Positions 25,506 to 37,552 of a stretch of DNA of 64,000 nt are shown here, piece after piece; position 1 is the first letter of the stretch, and every line of letters begins with the position of its first letter. The stretch comes from an uncultured Erysipelotrichaceae bacterium (GTDB lineage Bacteria; Bacillota_I; Bacilli_A; RF39; UBA660): assembly GCA_948439995.1 (NCBI GenBank), contig CAOJNP010000002.1, positions 316 through 64,315 on the forward strand, read 5' to 3'. The position numbers and the translations under genes were made by a program. The notes under the pieces are model-generated. The model had not been told where the DNA came from and ran no database searches. It saw nothing but the letters and a program-made list of their open reading frames with translations.

Positions 25506-26768
25506 TCACTTCTTTCCTACAATTGTTATATTTTTTAATAATAAAGAAGGAGCTGAAACACATAATAAATTATGCGAATATTCTTTTCCTATTTCTATTA
25601 CATTTGAAAATAACTCAAAAAAATTGGTAGATAATATTATCATTTCTAATCCGTTTGTTATTTTTCCATTTTCTACAACAAGTCCTTCTGCATGAAGAGA
25701 AATGGTTCCATTTTTTTTATCAATTCCAGAATGTAATCCATAAATTTCATCAATAATAATACCATTATTAAGCTTTTGAATTAATTCTTGCTCTGAATTA
25801 TCGCCTGATTTTATATATAAATTATTGACTCCATAAGCATTTCCTGTTGCTTTTACATTCTGTTTCGTTGCATATTCTAAATTATTTATTTCCAATTGAA
25901 ATATTCCATTTTTTACAATTTCTTTTTCATATGTAATGGTTCCTTCGGTATCAAAATAACGTTTTTCAATTCCATTTTTAGGGTCTTCGACGATTGTTAT
26001 TTTATCGTCAAATATTTTTTGAGTTCTTTTTCCAGAAAGAATAGATATATTTTGTTCAATATCTTTACTTTGAAAAGAATTTGCAAAGGTATTTAAAATG
26101 TGTGCTACAGCATTATTTTTTAAGATAATATTATATTTTTTTGTGGTACAATTATCACCATTTAATTTTATAATTAAATATTCTAATTTTTCTCGAACAT
26201 AATGATAAAAGGATTTAAAGTCATAATTTTCGGAATAAAAATTAATAAACGATACTTTTTTCTTATCAATTTTTTCAATTGTAATCGCTACTCCATACTC
26301 ATGATAATAAGTTTCATCCGTTAAACTGCATTCTTTATTATTAATCCCATATCGGTTGATATAATGAGAATAAGTGGTCTCAATATTTAAAATTAAAGGA
26401 TACTCTTTTTTTAAATCAATTAAATTCAAAAAATCTTGTTTTATTTTATTATAATCTAATGTTTCTTTTTGTTCTAATTTATGTTTTAAGTTTCCTTGAC
26501 AAAGAAAATTTTTATTTTTATTTTCTTGTAATTTAAAAATATTTTGAATATTATCAATGATTAAATTTGGATTTTTTAAATTATCAGTCATATATTCAAT
26601 AGAAATTTCATTTTTGATGGCTTTAATTCGGTATGAAGTAACATTTGTAATTTGAAATAATTTTTCTTTCCCATTCATGGTATTAATATCAACTTTTTCT
26701 TGGGTCTTTTCAAATATTTCGATATCAATTTTAGCTTTTTTTCCTAATTCGATGATTTTCTGTTTCAT
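25506..26768 (-). CDS. tldE: TldE/PmbA family metalloprotease subunit
   Basis: PmbA_TldD fold without HExxxH, C-terminal GxxxxGxGxxxxG region. It overlaps tldD by 4 nt. Confidence 0.65.
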   Translation of the reverse strand: MKQKIIELGKKAKIDIEIFEKTQEKVDINTMNGKEKLFQITNVTSYRIKAIKNEISIEYMTDNLKNPNLIIDNIQNIFKLQENKNKNFLCQGNLKHKLEQKETLDYNKIKQDFLNLIDLKKEYPLILNIETTYSHYINRYGINNKECSLTDETYYHEYGVAITIEKIDKKKVSFINFYSENYDFKSFYHYVREKLEYLIIKLNGDNCTTKKYNIILKNNAVAHILNTFANSFQSKDIEQNISILSGKRTQKIFDDKITIVEDPKNGIEKRYFDTEGTITYEKEIVKNGIFQLEINNLEYATKQNVKATGNAYGVNNLYIKSGDNSEQELIQKLNNGIIIDEIYGLHSGIDKKNGTISLHAEGLVVENGKITNGLEMIILSTNFFELFSNVIEIGKEYSHNLLCVSAPSLLLKNITIVGKK

Positions 26769-28132
26769 TTTTCACCACCTACTAAAATTTTACCAATTTT
26801 AATGGTTGGCTGACCTACCGTTACTGGGACACTACCACTAATAGAACCACAGTATCCTGTACCAAGTGAAAAATCATTTCCGACCATTTCTACTTCTTGT
26901 AATATTTCTTTGGTATTGCCAATTAAACTAGCAGAAGTAACACATTCTGCAATTTTGCCATCTCTTATCATATAGCCTAAATCGACTCCAAAATTAAATT
27001 CACCCGTTTCGGTAGCAACAGATCCTCCACCCATTTTTACAGCATATAATCCTAATTTGATATCTTGAATCATTTGTTCAAATGTATCATTGCCAGCTTT
27101 TAAATAGGTATTATTCATACGTGAAGTAGGAGCATATAAATAACTTTCTCTTCTCCCAGAACCCGTTGTAGTTTGTTTCATTTTACGATTATTTAATTCA
27201 TCAATTAAAAATCTTTTTAAAACACCATTTTCTATTAAAATATTTTTTTGGGTTGGTTTACCTTCATCGTCAATGAAACTGCTTCCCCATTCCTCTTTTA
27301 AGCTACCATCATCAATAATAGTAACTTTATCAGTGGCAATTTTATGATTTTGCTCCTTCGCTAAAACCGAAGCATTTTCGGCTACACTAGTAGCTTCCAT
27401 CGCATGACCACATGCTTCATGAAATATTACAGCTCCAAATGCGGGCGCTATAATAACAGGCATTTCTCCTCCAATACAAGGTTTTGCATATAATTTGTCT
27501 AAACCTTGTTTGATTAAACAATCAATTTCTTTATCAAAATCAATAGTATTTAAAAAATCTAAAGTAGAAGAAGCACCTTTACTAAAAAAGATTTTAGAAG
27601 ATTTCTCTTGATCTTTTAAATATAACATGATCGAAAAACGACTTAATACTCGATATTCTTTTACATATAGCCCCGTATGATTTGCAATTGTTACATTTTG
27701 GATTGTATTTTCTACTACAAGATTTACTTGGCTAATTCTATCTTCTTTTTTTCTTATTTTTTCATCTAATTGTTTCAGCTTTGTTTTAATTTCTTCATCT
27801 GTAAACGAAGAAATTTGTTCTTTTTTATATTCTTTTCTTCTTTTTAATGGAATATCTTTATAAATTGGTTTATCATTGATATTTTTTCTTAATTCCGAAA
27901 TAATTTGTTCGATCTTTTTTTTCCGAAAATCATTAGAAGAGGCATAATAAGTATTTTCATTTTTTGCTAAACGAAGACCATATCCATTAATATGAAACAT
28001 GGATACTTTTTCTAACATTTGGTCAATAAAGTTAAATGATTTCACTTGCTTTTCTTCTAAAAAAACTTCTGCAAAATCTCCACCTGTAGATAATAATTGT
28101 TCTAAAATTTCTTTAATTTGTTGTCTTTTCAT
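26765..28132 (-). CDS. tldD: TldD metalloprotease
   Basis: Catalytic HEACGH motif (AVIFHEACGHAMEAT) and the C-terminal GYCGS...G region of the TldD family. Confidence 0.75.
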   Translation of the reverse strand: MKRQQIKEILEQLLSTGGDFAEVFLEEKQVKSFNFIDQMLEKVSMFHINGYGLRLAKNENTYYASSNDFRKKKIEQIISELRKNINDKPIYKDIPLKRRKEYKKEQISSFTDEEIKTKLKQLDEKIRKKEDRISQVNLVVENTIQNVTIANHTGLYVKEYRVLSRFSIMLYLKDQEKSSKIFFSKGASSTLDFLNTIDFDKEIDCLIKQGLDKLYAKPCIGGEMPVIIAPAFGAVIFHEACGHAMEATSVAENASVLAKEQNHKIATDKVTIIDDGSLKEEWGSSFIDDEGKPTQKNILIENGVLKRFLIDELNNRKMKQTTTGSGRRESYLYAPTSRMNNTYLKAGNDTFEQMIQDIKLGLYAVKMGGGSVATETGEFNFGVDLGYMIRDGKIAECVTSASLIGNTKEILQEVEMVGNDFSLGTGYCGSISGSVPVTVGQPTIKIGKILVGGEK

Positions 28133-28178
28133 TTGATTTTCCTAACTTAAGGAAGAGAGAATTTTCTTCTCTCTCTTT

Positions 28179-30005
<1,827 letters not shown>

Positions 30006-30015
30006 TCACCTTTCT

Positions 30016-30579
30016 TTATTCATTTACTTTGACCATAGCTGGTCTTATAATTTTATCTTTATATAAATATCCTTTTTGAAGGACATCTAATACTATATTT
30101 TTTTCTTTTCCATCTTTATGTTCTGTTAATACAGCTTCCATGCAAGAAGGATCAAATGCTTTTTCAAGACAATCTATTTCTTTGATTTCAAACTCATCTA
30201 AAATATTTTTTAAGTTACTGTAAATCATTTTAAATCCACTTAAGAATTTACTGACTTCATCTTCTAAGTTAGTATCATCCATATTAATTGCTCTTTCAAA
30301 GTTATCAATGATGGATAGTAATTTTTTGATGAAGTTTTCGCCATCGTATTTCATGAGTCTACTTAATTCTTCATTATTTCGACGTTTCATGTTTTGCATT
30401 TCAGCATTAATTCTTAGAATTTTTTCATTTAGTAATGCATTTTCTTCTGCCATTTTTTCAATTTTTACAGATTCTTTGTTTTTTTTCTCTTTTTTTTCTT
30501 TCTTTTTTGGAAGTTCTGTTTGTTTTATTTCTTCTTTTGTTTCTTCTTGTACTTCAGACGTTTCTTTTGTTTCATCCAT
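30016..30579 (-). CDS. grpE: nucleotide exchange factor GrpE
   Basis: Coiled-coil N-terminus and a GrpE C-terminal beta domain (YLYKDKIIRPAMVKV). Lies between hrcA and dnaK. Confidence 0.85.
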   Translation of the reverse strand: MDETKETSEVQEETKEEIKQTELPKKKEKKEKKNKESVKIEKMAEENALLNEKILRINAEMQNMKRRNNEELSRLMKYDGENFIKKLLSIIDNFERAINMDDTNLEDEVSKFLSGFKMIYSNLKNILDEFEIKEIDCLEKAFDPSCMEAVLTEHKDGKEKNIVLDVLQKGYLYKDKIIRPAMVKVNE

Positions 30580-31593
30580 TTATAAATCACCTTCTTCGTT
30601 TAAATTTTCATTGATATAAGAAAGAAGTCCTACAACGCGATCATATTCCATTCTTTTGGGTCCGATAATGGCAATGGTTCCCTCTTCGCCATGATAATGA
30701 TATGTTGTTTTGATTACTGTTACATTGGGATCAAATTCATTTTCTTCGCCAATATAAATATTAATTCCTTTAAAATCTTTTTTCTCTTCAATTTTTTTAA
30801 TTAAATCGTCATCTTCAAATTTGGAAGCTATTTTTCTAATTTCTTCAACATTATCATATTCTGGTTTTTCAATTAATTTGTATTTTCCACTTAAATGAAT
30901 ATTATTTTCTTGAACATTCGAAGCAAAATTTTGAAAAGCTTCCATAAAAATATGATAAACCGACTCATATTGTTCAATTCGTTTACTAATAATTGGTTTG
31001 ATATCATATTCTAATCGTTCACTTACTTCTTCTATTGGTGTACCAATTAACATTTTATTAATGATTTCACTGGTTTTTACCAATTCTTCCATTTTTACAT
31101 GCTCTGGAATTGTAAATTGTCTATTTTGAACAAACCCTTGATCGGTACAAACTAAAGCTACAATTTTACCAGCATTTAGTGGAATAATACTTACTTGTTG
31201 TAGAGCACTTACTTTAGATTTTTTTCCTAATACGATACTAGTATAATTTGTAATTTCACTAATTATTTCAACACATTTATTAATAGTATCTGATAACACT
31301 AAATCTCGATTTGAAAAAATCGTTTGTAATTTTAAAACATCTTCTCCAGTGAGTTCTTTCGGTTTCATCAGATTTTCTACATAATAGCGATAACCTTTTT
31401 CGCTTGGTATTCTTCCTGATGATATATGATTTTTTTCAAGAAGTCCTAAATCTTCTAATTCCGCCATTTCATTTCTGATGGTAGCACTAGAACATTTAAA
31501 CTTTTCACATAGAGATTTGCTTCCAATTGGTTTTACATTTTTGATGTATGATTCGACGATTTCTTTTAATAGTTTTTTTTGACGTTCCTCCAT
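30580..31593 (-). CDS. hrcA: heat-inducible transcription repressor HrcA
   Basis: Winged-helix N-terminus (LLKEIVESYIKNVKPIGSKSL). Sits beside grpE-dnaK with a CIRCE upstream. RBS GGAGG. Confidence 0.9.
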   Translation of the reverse strand: MEERQKKLLKEIVESYIKNVKPIGSKSLCEKFKCSSATIRNEMAELEDLGLLEKNHISSGRIPSEKGYRYYVENLMKPKELTGEDVLKLQTIFSNRDLVLSDTINKCVEIISEITNYTSIVLGKKSKVSALQQVSIIPLNAGKIVALVCTDQGFVQNRQFTIPEHVKMEELVKTSEIINKMLIGTPIEEVSERLEYDIKPIISKRIEQYESVYHIFMEAFQNFASNVQENNIHLSGKYKLIEKPEYDNVEEIRKIASKFEDDDLIKKIEEKKDFKGINIYIGEENEFDPNVTVIKTTYHYHGEEGTIAIIGPKRMEYDRVVGLLSYINENLNEEGDL

Positions 31594-31602
31594 TCGAACC
31601 TC

Positions 31603-31674
31603 CTAGCACCTATTATATTCAAGTGCTAATATTATTATACTAAAAAACTAGCACTTGTCAATTAAAAATGCTAG
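31603..31674 (-). promoter_or_regulatory. hrcA-dnaK operon promoter (TTGACA-N16-TATAAT) with two CIRCE operators
   Basis: CIRCE-1 at 31603-31629 reads CTAGCACCT-N9-AAGTGCTAA. CIRCE-2 at 31648-31674 reads CTAGCACTT-N9-AAATGCTAG (consensus TTAGCACTC-N9-GAGTGCTAA). The minus-strand -35 TTGACA is the complement of 31656-31661, and the -10 TATAAT is the complement of 31634-31639. Confidence 0.75.
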
Positions 31675-31687
31675 TTTATATCATGCT

Positions 31688-31921
31688 TTACTTTTTTCTT
31701 GAGAATTCAGAAGTATTTAAAGCTGTTTTTTCTTCAGAAATTGGATTATAGTAGCTGGGTGTTTTGATGGGTATATATTTCAACATACACTTTACAGATA
31801 TTTCTTGTGCAATTTCAGCTGTTTTTCTTCTTTTTTGTTCTCTTTTTAAATCTTTATTTAATGTTTGAAGCATTTGACGATATTCTGTTTTATTATTTAA
31901 TTCTTGTAATAATTTTTTCAT
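31688..31921 (-). CDS. hypothetical 77-aa basic protein
   Basis: RBS AAGGGAGAA before the ATG. No recognisable motif. Confidence 0.4.
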   Translation of the reverse strand: MKKLLQELNNKTEYRQMLQTLNKDLKREQKRRKTAEIAQEISVKCMLKYIPIKTPSYYNPISEEKTALNTSEFSRKK

Positions 31922-32000
31922 TAAACAATTCTCCCTTTTGATGTGCTATATAATACTAAATAAATTTTAAAAAGTCAATTTTTTTTTGAAATTTATAATG

Positions 32001-32879
32001 TTATCTTTTCATTTTCTTTCCAATAAGACTTTGATAATAAACTTTTGTCTCTAAATTTTGCTTTGTATTTTTGAAAAAAATAGGATTTATTTCTACTTTA
32101 TTATCTTCAATTAATATAATGATAGTAGAACCCCCAAATAAAAAAGTTCCTTTCTCTTCTCCTCTTTTAAAATATCTTTTCTTCCTATTTTGAATTTTAC
32201 CGACCATTAATGCACCTATTTCAATTTGGGTAACGATTCCAAAGTTTTTTGTTTTCATTTTTGTAATTTCTCTTGTATTTTCATGATAAATAGCAAATTG
32301 ATTTAAGGAAATTGGTCTTACTGTATGTAAAACACCATTGATTTTTGTTTGTTTTAAGATTTTTCCATGATCTATAAAATGATAGCGATGATAATCATCT
32401 GGTGTTAAACGAAAAATAAGACAAGTTCCATTTTGATATCGATTGGCTAGTTTTTCATTTTGTAATAAAGTTTTTAAAGAATAAGTAGAATGTTTTATTT
32501 GAAAAGTTAAATTATTCTTTATTTTATATGTGGTTAATTTTCCGTCACATGGAGATAAAAACTCTGTTTCTTTACTGGGATATTTTATCTTTTTTAACTT
32601 GCGACAAAAAAAATCATTGAAAGAAATATAGGTTTTCTTTTGAAATCGTTTCATATCAATTGTATTTTTTTGAATAAATGGTTTAATTAGTATACACGAT
32701 AATTTGGTGTTTAAAAAAGCTCCCATTATTTTTGAAAAGGAAGGTCGAATTAAGATCCATAAAAAAATTCTCCCTATTTTGGTGTGATAAAAAAATCGTA
32801 ATAAAAGGGATTCTTTTTTTTCTATAGGAATTGTAGTAAAAGATATATCCCTATGATACTGAGTCCGATTAGAAGACAT
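32001..32879 (-). CDS. psd: phosphatidylserine decarboxylase proenzyme
   Basis: FCRKLK... region and an FGGSTIII self-cleavage (GST) site near the C-terminus. The annotated start overlaps pssA by 58 nt, so the real start is uncertain. Confidence 0.75.
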   Translation of the reverse strand: MSSNRTQYHRDISFTTIPIEKKESLLLRFFYHTKIGRIFLWILIRPSFSKIMGAFLNTKLSCILIKPFIQKNTIDMKRFQKKTYISFNDFFCRKLKKIKYPSKETEFLSPCDGKLTTYKIKNNLTFQIKHSTYSLKTLLQNEKLANRYQNGTCLIFRLTPDDYHRYHFIDHGKILKQTKINGVLHTVRPISLNQFAIYHENTREITKMKTKNFGIVTQIEIGALMVGKIQNRKKRYFKRGEEKGTFLFGGSTIIILIEDNKVEINPIFFKNTKQNLETKVYYQSLIGKKMKR

Positions 32880-33484
32880 ACCGTTAATCCTTTCTTATTT
32901 AAGTGAGGTATTTTTATTTTTGATATTTGTAATAACCCATATATTAAAACACCTGTTAAAAAAACAATGGGAAAATAATTTTTCGTAACATCTTTTAGAA
33001 GATATAAAATGGGAATTACAAGAGCAACGACTGTTACTGGAACCCCATTATAAGATTTTCTGGAAGTGGTTTCTTTTTTTCTTCTTAATTCTTCTTCTAC
33101 ATTAAAATAAGCAAGTCGAGATAAAGAAGTTACTAGATAAAATATACTAAATACTTGGAAAAATCCTAAACTTTTGGTGATTTCTAAAGTTATAATAGTA
33201 GGAAGTGCTCCAAAGCATATTACATCAGACAAAGAATCCAACTGAATTCCATATTTGATCTCAAATTCTGTTCGATCTTTTTTGGTTCTTGCAATACAGC
33301 CATCAAACATATCAAAAAAACCACATAGTAATAGACAAAATAAGGCACTAGGTATATTTCCTATGCTAGCTTCTTTGATTCCTACTACTCCAGAAATTGT
33401 TCCAAAAATAGTAAATAAAACAGTATAATTATAAATTCCTATCATATTGTTTTTTCCTTTCTTATCCCACTTATATGATAACAT
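32822..33484 (-). CDS. pssA: CDP-diacylglycerol--serine O-phosphatidyltransferase
   Basis: CDP-alcohol phosphatidyltransferase motif D.FDGCIARTKK...G...D..SD within a polytopic 220-aa protein. Confidence 0.8.
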   Translation of the reverse strand: MLSYKWDKKGKNNMIGIYNYTVLFTIFGTISGVVGIKEASIGNIPSALFCLLLCGFFDMFDGCIARTKKDRTEFEIKYGIQLDSLSDVICFGALPTIITLEITKSLGFFQVFSIFYLVTSLSRLAYFNVEEELRRKKETTSRKSYNGVPVTVVALVIPILYLLKDVTKNYFPIVFLTGVLIYGLLQISKIKIPHLNKKGLTVCLLIGLSIIGIYLLLQFL

Positions 33485-34479
33485 AAATATACAATACTAC
33501 TAAATAAAATTAAAAAGTAGAAACTAATTCCTCTTACTAATAGCATGGATGATAGTGCAAAACTGCTTCCAAAAACCATGGTATTGATTTGATAAGTGAG
33601 TCCTTCTCCTACCATAACTCCACCAGGAAAAGGTACAGAATCAATTGCTTGGTTTACCCCTATTTGAAGAGCTAAAAGAGATAAAAAAGAATAATGATGT
33701 AATCCAAATGAACGATAAATTAAATAACTAATACTAAATAAGAAGAAACGTTGTAATAAAATGATGGAAAATAATTTTAAAAATAATTTTGGATTTTGTT
33801 TTGTTAATTCAGAACATTTTTGATAATCTTTTAAAGCTGTTTCCATTTCTTGTTTTTTTTCTGGTTCTTTTTCTTTTTTTATAAAGTGAAGTTTTACTAA
33901 TATTTTTAAAAAGATATGGATCAAATGATTGGGAATTTTTTTAGAAAAGACTAAAAGACTAAAGAATAAAATAACTAAAACATTTAATGACATTCCAATT
34001 AGCATAAGGGTATTAAATAAAATGCCATTGTTTAATAATAGTTTTGGAAAACAAATAATACTAACAACGCCTAATAAAACAATTACAAGTTTATATAAGA
34101 TGGTATTAATGAGTACTACAATTGTACTTTTTCGATATGGAATGTGATCACGTGCCATATAGATTAATTCAATGGGTTGCCCTCCTGTACTAGATGGTGT
34201 TACAGCAGAAAAATAAATTTCAGTGCATGTATAACCAAGTGCTTGTTTCCAATTTATTTTTGTTTCAAATAAATTAAAAATTCTTTTTAAAAAAATACAA
34301 TTCATCAATAAATATGATAAAACACATAAAAAAGCGAATCCTATGAAAATGGGATTACATTGTTTTAATGTTTGAATAAATTCGGTTATCGAATAATTAG
34401 AAAAGATATAAAAAAAAGTAATTCCAAATAAGAGTAAAAAGAAACCAATAGAAAGTATATATTTTTTTTGTTTTGTCAT
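33442..34479 (-). CDS. UPF0104 / lysylphosphatidylglycerol-synthase-TM-like membrane protein (YbfM-like)
   Basis: 345 aa with about 8 TM helices, cotranscribed with pssA-psd as in the B. subtilis pssA-ybfM-psd operon. Confidence 0.55.
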   Translation of the reverse strand: MTKQKKYILSIGFFLLLFGITFFYIFSNYSITEFIQTLKQCNPIFIGFAFLCVLSYLLMNCIFLKRIFNLFETKINWKQALGYTCTEIYFSAVTPSSTGGQPIELIYMARDHIPYRKSTIVVLINTILYKLVIVLLGVVSIICFPKLLLNNGILFNTLMLIGMSLNVLVILFFSLLVFSKKIPNHLIHIFLKILVKLHFIKKEKEPEKKQEMETALKDYQKCSELTKQNPKLFLKLFSIILLQRFFLFSISYLIYRSFGLHHYSFLSLLALQIGVNQAIDSVPFPGGVMVGEGLTYQINTMVFGSSFALSSMLLVRGISFYFLILFSSIVYLCYHISGIRKEKTI

Positions 34480-34645
34480 AATTCATCCCTTCTTTTTTAT
34501 TTTATCATAAGTTAATAAAAGATTTAATAAAATAAATACTCCTTACAAAATTGTAAGAATTCTTATAAAATAAAGAAAATTCCAAAATAGGAATTTTTAT
34601 CTTTATTTTAGAAATCTTTCAATTAGTATTTACAAATGATTCAGG

Positions 34646-36724
34646 CTATTTTTCTTTGATGATATTTTTGCTACAAGAATAAGTGATTAGAAAATATCCA
34701 CCATAGATGATCATTAAAAAGATGGCTGTCATAATAATGGATTCTATTAATTTTTCGTTGCCAATTGTTTCTAAAATATAGTTACAAAATGTGATTCCAA
34801 AGATAGAATGAATGATAGCGATGAGAAGTGGAAATAAGAAAAATATGCCTATCTGTCGAAATAAAGCTTGATGGATCATCTTTTCATCTACTCCAATTTT
34901 TCTTAATATTTGAAAACGTTCTTTGTTGTCACTGCTTTCTGATAGTTCTTTTAAGGCAAGAATGGCTGCACTACTAATTAGAAAAATGATGCCAATATAT
35001 AGTCCGATAAAAGTGACAAGTGCTCCTAAACCGATACTGGCTTCTTGTAATGAAAGTTTGGTTGTGATATTTAAACTAGTATTTTTGATATATGGATGAT
35101 TTTCTATTTTTAAAATAACATCTTCTATTTTTTGTTTTTCTGCTTTGGTACTTGTATTTTTATAATTTGCTAACCAAATATTTTCGTGAATAAAATGATC
35201 TTCTACTGCATGATCTGGAACAATCAAAATGCCCATATTAATATGATTGCTTGAAATGTGGATGAATCCATTCTGACATTCTTGATATTTGGGATAATAA
35301 TTTTTTCCTAAGATCTTTATGGCTGTATTTCTTTTTAATCCTTCATTTCGCAATGGAATGGTACTATCAAAATCGGATATGATCATATATTCGTTTTCTT
35401 TTAAGGAATATTGCGGTTGATTTAATAATTTTGCCGCAGTATTGTAATCACTTAATCGAATTATGTCTTCTTTTAATGCAAATCGCATATAGGGATAATT
35501 TTTGTTGGCTTCTTCATAATAGGTGCCTAAAGTATCTTTTAAAGTTATTTGTTCTTGATAAATTGGAAATGAAATGATATCACTCAAAAGATTTTGATAA
35601 TCTATTTCTAAGTTTTTTAATGTATCTTCTAGAGAAATTTTGGAATCTTCTATCATATTTTGATTTAAATTCCATTGATTTTCTACTTCTTCTAAAGTTA
35701 GATTTCTCTTTTTTCTTAGTTCTAAATCAATGGGTGCTAAGGTTTTTAAATTAGCCGACATTGAATTTTTAAGAGATAATGCTGAAGATAAAACACAAAT
35801 GGTTACAAATAGCATTAATGAAATTAAGGCCATAGAAAATACAGTGGTATTTATTTTACTACTCACTTGTTTGAGCGTGAAACTATTTAAATGATGATAA
35901 TAGACTTTTTTTATTTTGGTGATGAGTTTTACCATCAAGCCAGATAAAGACCAAAATAAGAAAAATGTGGAAACACATCCAATGATGATGGGAATAAAAA
36001 TATCTTGTATGTTTAATATTTTTTCGATTCCAAAGCTTACTAAATAATATGCATAAGATAGACTACTAACTGAAAGAAGGAATAAAATTATACAAAAAGT
36101 TGTATTTTTTAAACGAATTGTTTCGGTTTTTTTACTAGCATGTAGTAAATCTATTAATTTGCATTTTCTAATATTAATTGTATTAAATGCCATAACAAAC
36201 AGATACATGATTCCAAAATAAATCCATGTTTTTATCATAGCAGATGAGGAAAAAATAAAAGTAAATTTGGTGAGATCTGCTTCAAATAGATTGGCCACAA
36301 AAATACTCATTAATTGAGATAGTAAAATTCCTAAGAGAAGTCCTATGGCAAGAGATATGATACCAATGAATAATGTTTCGATAAATAATATCATTGAAAT
36401 TTTTCGTTTGCTCATTCCAAGTGTAAGATAAATTCCGAATTCTTTTTTTCTTCTTTTAATTAAAAATCGACTGGCATAAATAATTAAAAAGCCTAAGATA
36501 AAAGATATAAAGATGCTCACTGCTTCTAACATTTCAATCATAAGTTTGATGATATCTAGAGTTGACGAGGATACTTTTAGCATGACGGTTTGACTTTCCA
36601 AGGCATTGAAAATGTAAAAAATGGATACACCTAGAATTAAAGTAAAAAAGTAAATTGCATAATCTTTGATGCTTTTTTGAATGTTTTTAAAAGATAATTT
36701 ACAAAGCATCAGAATAATCCCCAC
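34646..36724 (-). CDS. BceB-type ABC transporter permease (FtsX family, 10 TM, large extracellular loop)
   Basis: 692 aa with two FtsX-like 4-TM modules and a ~210-aa extracytoplasmic domain between TM7 and TM8. It overlaps the ATPase gene. Confidence 0.75.
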   Translation of the reverse strand: MGIILMLCKLSFKNIQKSIKDYAIYFFTLILGVSIFYIFNALESQTVMLKVSSSTLDIIKLMIEMLEAVSIFISFILGFLIIYASRFLIKRRKKEFGIYLTLGMSKRKISMILFIETLFIGIISLAIGLLLGILLSQLMSIFVANLFEADLTKFTFIFSSSAMIKTWIYFGIMYLFVMAFNTINIRKCKLIDLLHASKKTETIRLKNTTFCIILFLLSVSSLSYAYYLVSFGIEKILNIQDIFIPIIIGCVSTFFLFWSLSGLMVKLITKIKKVYYHHLNSFTLKQVSSKINTTVFSMALISLMLFVTICVLSSALSLKNSMSANLKTLAPIDLELRKKRNLTLEEVENQWNLNQNMIEDSKISLEDTLKNLEIDYQNLLSDIISFPIYQEQITLKDTLGTYYEEANKNYPYMRFALKEDIIRLSDYNTAAKLLNQPQYSLKENEYMIISDFDSTIPLRNEGLKRNTAIKILGKNYYPKYQECQNGFIHISSNHINMGILIVPDHAVEDHFIHENIWLANYKNTSTKAEKQKIEDVILKIENHPYIKNTSLNITTKLSLQEASIGLGALVTFIGLYIGIIFLISSAAILALKELSESSDNKERFQILRKIGVDEKMIHQALFRQIGIFFLFPLLIAIIHSIFGITFCNYILETIGNEKLIESIIMTAIFLMIIYGGYFLITYSCSKNIIKEK

Positions 36725-37463
36725 CTAATAGCGTTACTACATCAATAATTTTATCAAAGAATTCTTTTCTGGAAGATTCACCACGATTTATTTCATTGAA
36801 AATTTTTCCATCTTTAATAAATATTACTCGCTTGGTATAGGATGCGGTAAAGGCATCATGTGTGACCATTAAAATAGTTGCTTGTCGTTCCCGATTTAGA
36901 TAATCTAACTTTTCTAAAAGCATTTTAGCTGATTTGGAATCTAAAGCACCAGTTGGTTCATCAGCTAGTATTAATTTTGGATTGGTAATGATTGCTCGTG
37001 CAGAGGCAATACGTTGTTTTTCTCCTCCACTTAATTGATAAGGATATTTATTTAAAATATCTTTAATATCTAATTCTTGACTTATTTTTTCTATTCTTTT
37101 TTCTAATTCTTTTCCTTTTATATTTTGAATGGTTAATGCAAGGGCAATATTTTCATAAGAGGTTAAAGTGTCTAATAAATTAAAATCTTGAAAAATAAAT
37201 CCTAATTCTTCTCTTCGAAATTGATTTAATTGATTTCCTTTTAATTTTGTAATATCAATGTTTCCGATTGTGATATGTCCACTGGTTACTTTATCAATGG
37301 TAGATATACAATTTAAAAGAGTTGTTTTACCACTTCCACTGGCCCCCATAATAGCTACAAATTCTCCTTGTTCTACTTCAAAGCTAATATCATCAATAGC
37401 TTTGGTTAGACTTGATTTATTGCCATAATATTTTTCGATATGATCAATTTTTAATATATTCAT
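36699..37463 (-). CDS. BceA-type ABC transporter ATP-binding protein
   Basis: Walker A GASGSGKTT, signature LSGGEKQR, Walker B ILADEPT, and H-loop. Confidence 0.88.
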   Translation of the reverse strand: MNILKIDHIEKYYGNKSSLTKAIDDISFEVEQGEFVAIMGASGSGKTTLLNCISTIDKVTSGHITIGNIDITKLKGNQLNQFRREELGFIFQDFNLLDTLTSYENIALALTIQNIKGKELEKRIEKISQELDIKDILNKYPYQLSGGEKQRIASARAIITNPKLILADEPTGALDSKSAKMLLEKLDYLNRERQATILMVTHDAFTASYTKRVIFIKDGKIFNEINRGESSRKEFFDKIIDVVTLLGGDYSDAL

Positions 37464-37552
37464 TTTTTTCTTCCTTTCTAAAGTTCATTATAAAAAAATA
37501 ATCTAGATTTGTCCTTTTTTCAATCTTACGAAAACCTTACATTTTTGTAAGG

